A DNA stretch of 64,000 nucleotides from Azolla caroliniana (Eukaryota > Plantae > Polypodiophyta). Shown in pieces: positions 60,201 to 64,000 of this stretch (positions within the stretch are counted from its first letter, which is position 1; every line of letters starts with the position of its first letter). A model generated the notes under the pieces. It saw only the letters and a program-made list of their open reading frames with translations, was not told where the DNA came from and searched no databases. Both the position numbers and the translations under genes were made by a program. The stretch is taken from contig JBHGNT010000017.1 in NCBI GenBank assembly GCA_043228905.1, forward strand, positions 12,028,001 to 12,092,000, in the 5' to 3' direction.

Positions 60201-63200
60201 TCAGGCTTAGCCGGTACGCCCTACACTTCTCTAGGCATAGTCTGAGATGTTGCAAATGATCTTCTTCTCTACTATAGACGGTGAAGTCGTCAAGGAATAC
60301 CTGCATAAAAGCCGGTATGTATTCGCCAAAGATCTTCATGATGATCCGTTGGAATGTTGCTGGTGCCGTTTTCTCTTGATCCTCAGGGTGCATCCGGATC
60401 TGATTATACCCGTTGAATCCGTCTAAGAAACTGTAGACTTCATGGCCGGCGACGGCATCCAAAACTCCATCCATAAATGGAAGTGGAAATGCATCCGTTA
60501 CCGTTGTCGCATTCAGCTTCCGGTAGTCGACACAAACTCTAATTTTGCCATTCTTTTTTAGTACAACTACGATCGGGCTCAACCATGTAGATTTCTCTAC
60601 GGGACGGATGAAGCCGACCCTCAGTAATTTGTCGATTTCCTCCTTGACTTTGGCGGCGTAGTTTGGGTTCATCCGGTACCGACGCTATGCTACCGGCTTG
60701 GCGTCTTTCCTCAGATGTATATGGTGCTAATACAACTGAGGATCCAGGCCTCTCATATCCTCGTACGACCAGGCAAAGACATCGCGAAACCTGTTGAGGA
60801 GTGTAATTATCGCCGTTTTGTTCTCTGCATTCATTTCTTTGGCGACGTGCACCGGTTTTGCCTCCTTCGTCGTTCCTAGATTTACCTTTTCTAATTGGGA
60901 CACTTTTACGCGCTGGGATACGGCCATTTCCCTTTCCAACGCGGTTGTGTTGGTACCCATACCTTCGCTTTTCCCCGCCGGAACGTAATCATATTCCTCC
61001 TCCAGTTCTGCTTGATATGTGCCGTCTTTAACCAAGGGCATCCCAACAATAATGGGTACGCTCCTTGAGCCTGCAACTAGAGAACTACGGTTGAGATTCG
61101 GAATGTGTGGCCCCCGATGGTTACTTCCAAGTTCCGTATTAATCATGTCGGTCGCACCGAGCTTGTGTCCGCCATTCGGAGCCAGAACGGACATGGCTCC
61201 CACTCTTAGATTCCAAGAGCATCGCACATCCGGAGGCTTATTACATTAACGCCGGAGCCTCCATCTATTATCGTGTCGGGGAGTTCTTTCCCTTTCACAA
61301 TGGCTGTAATTGTCGGACTGTTGGTGTCCACCACCGCCGGTCCCTCCTCCGAATTTGAGAAGAATGTCAGAGCCGGTGGTGTTTCGCCTGTCGTCAATCC
61401 GGACTTGAGTCCTTCTGTGAATCTTGGTACTAGCTGCAAGAGTCATCCTAACGGCAGGGTGATCTAGCATTCCTGCAATACCTGCCATGTCGCGTTTTCG
61501 GACTGACTGCCGCCGGCGAGCTCTTCAGTGTTCTCCTTCTGTTGCGCGAGTTCTGCTACGTTTCGCTCATTGGCCTTTTTCACCCATTCCGTTGCCTGTT
61601 TCCAAATGGCCTCTTGTGTCTCCCATTCCGTAGTCTTCCCCTTCGACCTTGTGGTGACTTGCTGGAGGTCTACGACTTCGGCGACTACCATGTTTACTGT
61701 CGGTCGCTTATCATAGCTTTTTGCCGGACATTGATTACTACAATGTCCTTCCTGCCGGCAGTAATAGCAATATGCTTTCCGAGTGTTGCTGGATTCGACA
61801 TTGTTTCTTGTACCCGATAGAGGACTTGTGGTAACCGCGAGGCTCTAGTCTGGTTGGTTGCTTGAGGCGCCTTCTTCCGGTTCACGTGGGTGGCTCCCAT
61901 TTTTTAAATGCCGTTTTTTTATTAAAGTTCTTTTTGTTGCGGTACCCTTGCCGGGGTTGGTCGTCATACCTCCCGTAATCTTCCCGTCATTGGTGATACC
62001 CAGGGGAGTGATCCCGGTTGTGATGCTCATACCATCCATTGTAATCTCGGTACTTGTCGTATCTCTTGTACCGGTCGTAGTTGTCTCGCCGATTGTCGTA
62101 CCAAACATCTTGTGCCAATCGATATCGCTCCTCTCGTCGCCAGCGTTCGTCTTCTTCGTCTCGGCTACTACGTGGATCGATTTGCCGGACTGGTGGAGCT
62201 TGCCGATTCAATAAGTTATATTCGCACCGGTCCATCGTGTGGCTCGTAGATTGGCAGAGTAAGCAGTGCGTCCGCATGGTGCACTCCATTGACGAGTGTC
62301 CGGAATTCAAGCAGGTCGTGCATTGGATTGCTTGCCGGAAACAGAGATCCTCATCAGTTGGTAATGCTCGTTGGAGGGCTCCCATTGTTAGCCAAGAGCT
62401 CGTTTTCTCCATTTCTCTAACCCGGTCGATGACCTGGTCGATGGTGCTTGTGCAAAAGTCGATGACCGTGCATACCGTTCGTAGAGGTTCCCGGAGCGCG
62501 GCTAAAAATATAGCCCGCGTTTCTTCCTCTGGTGGTGCGCGGGTAAGCTGACTGTGCATCTGTTGAAACCGGATGACAAACTGTGGGATGCTCTCGTCGG
62601 GGTCCTGCCGAATTGAATAAAATAAGCCCACCATTTCTCGCTGATCCACCTCCTTCTGGAAGAAGTGCAAGAATTTGTCTTTCAGGTCCGCAAAGGTGGT
62701 GATGGTGCTACGATCCTACGTCCGGTGCCATCTGGCGGCCGGTCCTTCGAATGTCACGCCGAATTTGGCTATCTTCGATCGTTCCTCTTCTGCCGCGATT
62801 AACCGTTGTGACACATGGTTCGCTTCCCATGTTTGTTCAAACGCGTGAACATGAGCCTCTGTGTCCGGATCATCCCGATACTTGGAGTACTGGAACGGCA
62901 TATTGTCGTCTGGTGTCGGTACACGAGCTGGCGGTGTCGGTGGTCTTTCTTTTTGTTCCGTCGGCGTCTGAGGTCTTAGCCGGTCTTCCTTTGGTGTTGC
63001 CGACTCAACTTCTGGTGTTGGAGGTTTTTGTCGGTGCACTTCCGTCTCCGGAGGTTGCTCCACGACGAGTGCCGGAGGTTCTCGGTCTGCCAACTCAGGT
63101 TCCGGTGTCGGTAAAGTATCCGACTCCTTGTCCTCCGGTCCTCCTGGGGTGTCGTTACTGCTGCGATAGTTCGTATGCGCGCTGTAACCCCCTTCCGAAT

Positions 63201-64000
63201 CCGACTCCAGCGCTGAAAATGCTTCGGATTTGCCGTCTCTTCCGGCCAAGGCCTAGAGAAGGGTTTCCGCTTCTCGAAGGCTGCTTAAGCTGCTTCCTTC
63301 GTCCGGGTAGGCGTTTTGTTGCAGACAGAGCGACTCCTCCGCCACTTTCCGGATCACTTTGGAAAATGATCGATCTGTTCGGATTTCTTCCGCTGCTTGC
63401 TGGAAAGCCTCTCGCCGCCATCTCCGTTCAGCAAGTCTTCGTGCTCTCTCCGTAACCGGGTCGTCTGTTGGCCTAGTCATCTATTCCTGGCGTTGTTCAC
63501 TGCGATTATGCAGGAATCGTGGTCGCCAAAAACTGTGTTATTGCTAGGGCCAGACAACAGCCTAACATAGGGTGTCCACTTAAGACACGTCACCAAAGGG
63601 TGGTACGGCAGAATGACTTATGGCACAACGCTTAATTAGACCTTAATCGATTATTTAGCCATCCGTAATTAACACATGTAAGATATAACATTGAATATAG
63701 AACGGTAATCAACACTGGAAGATTAAGACAATAAGCTTTATTAATTATCCGCTCCTGATTACATTGTAACTGGGCCTTTATATAGGTCTCCGGTGCGAAA
63801 TACAAAACGGTGCCAACCGGCACCTTTACGGGATCATTCCGGATCCGGATCGGCATACCCATTCCGGTCCGTCCATCCACATCTTCTTATATAATGATAT
63901 ATATATATATATTAAGACTACTAATTACAACAGTTCCCGAATAACTATTCCTTTCACACTCTGGTTTGGACCTCCTTAAGCCTTCTTGTCGGCTGGTAAC
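54239..64000 (-). mobile_element. Ty3/Gypsy copy D (same family as A), near full length with two LTRs
   Basis: LTRs 54239-54700 and 63536-64000 (window ends one base before the final A), PBS 63519-63528, gag 61987-63480, PR IIDGGSGVN, RT 60037-60672, RH-INT 58123-60027, ORF3 54755-57872. Confidence 0.97.
54755..57872 (-). pseudogene. ORF3 of Gypsy copy D
   Basis: ORFs 56769-57872, 55814-56317, 55346-55618, 55091-55345, closely similar to ORF3 of copy A; ends DILDEA* like DILDEE* in A. Confidence 0.87.

Noticed and set aside
10-63880. The many short overlapping and antisense ORFs in the track as host genes
   Set aside because: They overlap recognisable gag/pol/ORF3 frames or LTRs and show no independent domain motifs

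Overview
Eukaryotic, transposon-saturated heterochromatin, most likely from a non-seed land plant (fern- or bryophyte-like; inferred from the element families, not proven). No intact host gene is present. The window is a multi-layer nest of LTR retrotransposons. Four copies of a non-chromovirus Ty3/Gypsy group have tRNA-Arg PBSs and a large extra 3' ORF (9073-17209, 21252-~36210, 39490-46550, 54239-64000). There is also a Tnt1/Tork-like Copia (24947-29939) and fragments of a second Copia family (1-1727; 18690-20687 and 48210-50138). A divergent 'fungal-type' Gypsy is split across 20688-~48200, a Tcn1/Tf1-like Gypsy occupies 50142-54238, and there are two solo LTRs. An AT-rich block (1730-9072 and 17210-18690) holds a DDD-transposase remnant, a degenerate FCP1/NIF phosphatase-like ORF, a RING-H2 ORF and an array of AGCTAATTAGCT palindromes. 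The same block contains an endonuclease-less Penelope-like retroelement with a degenerate hammerhead ribozyme and short terminal inverted repeats. The strongest leads are this EN-minus PLE, a perfect 11-nt self-priming PBS in the Tcn1-like element, a Gypsy family with a conserved hairpin where the polypurine tract should be, and the putative cargo-carrying DNA transposon. All motif readings, alignments and counts were done by eye.
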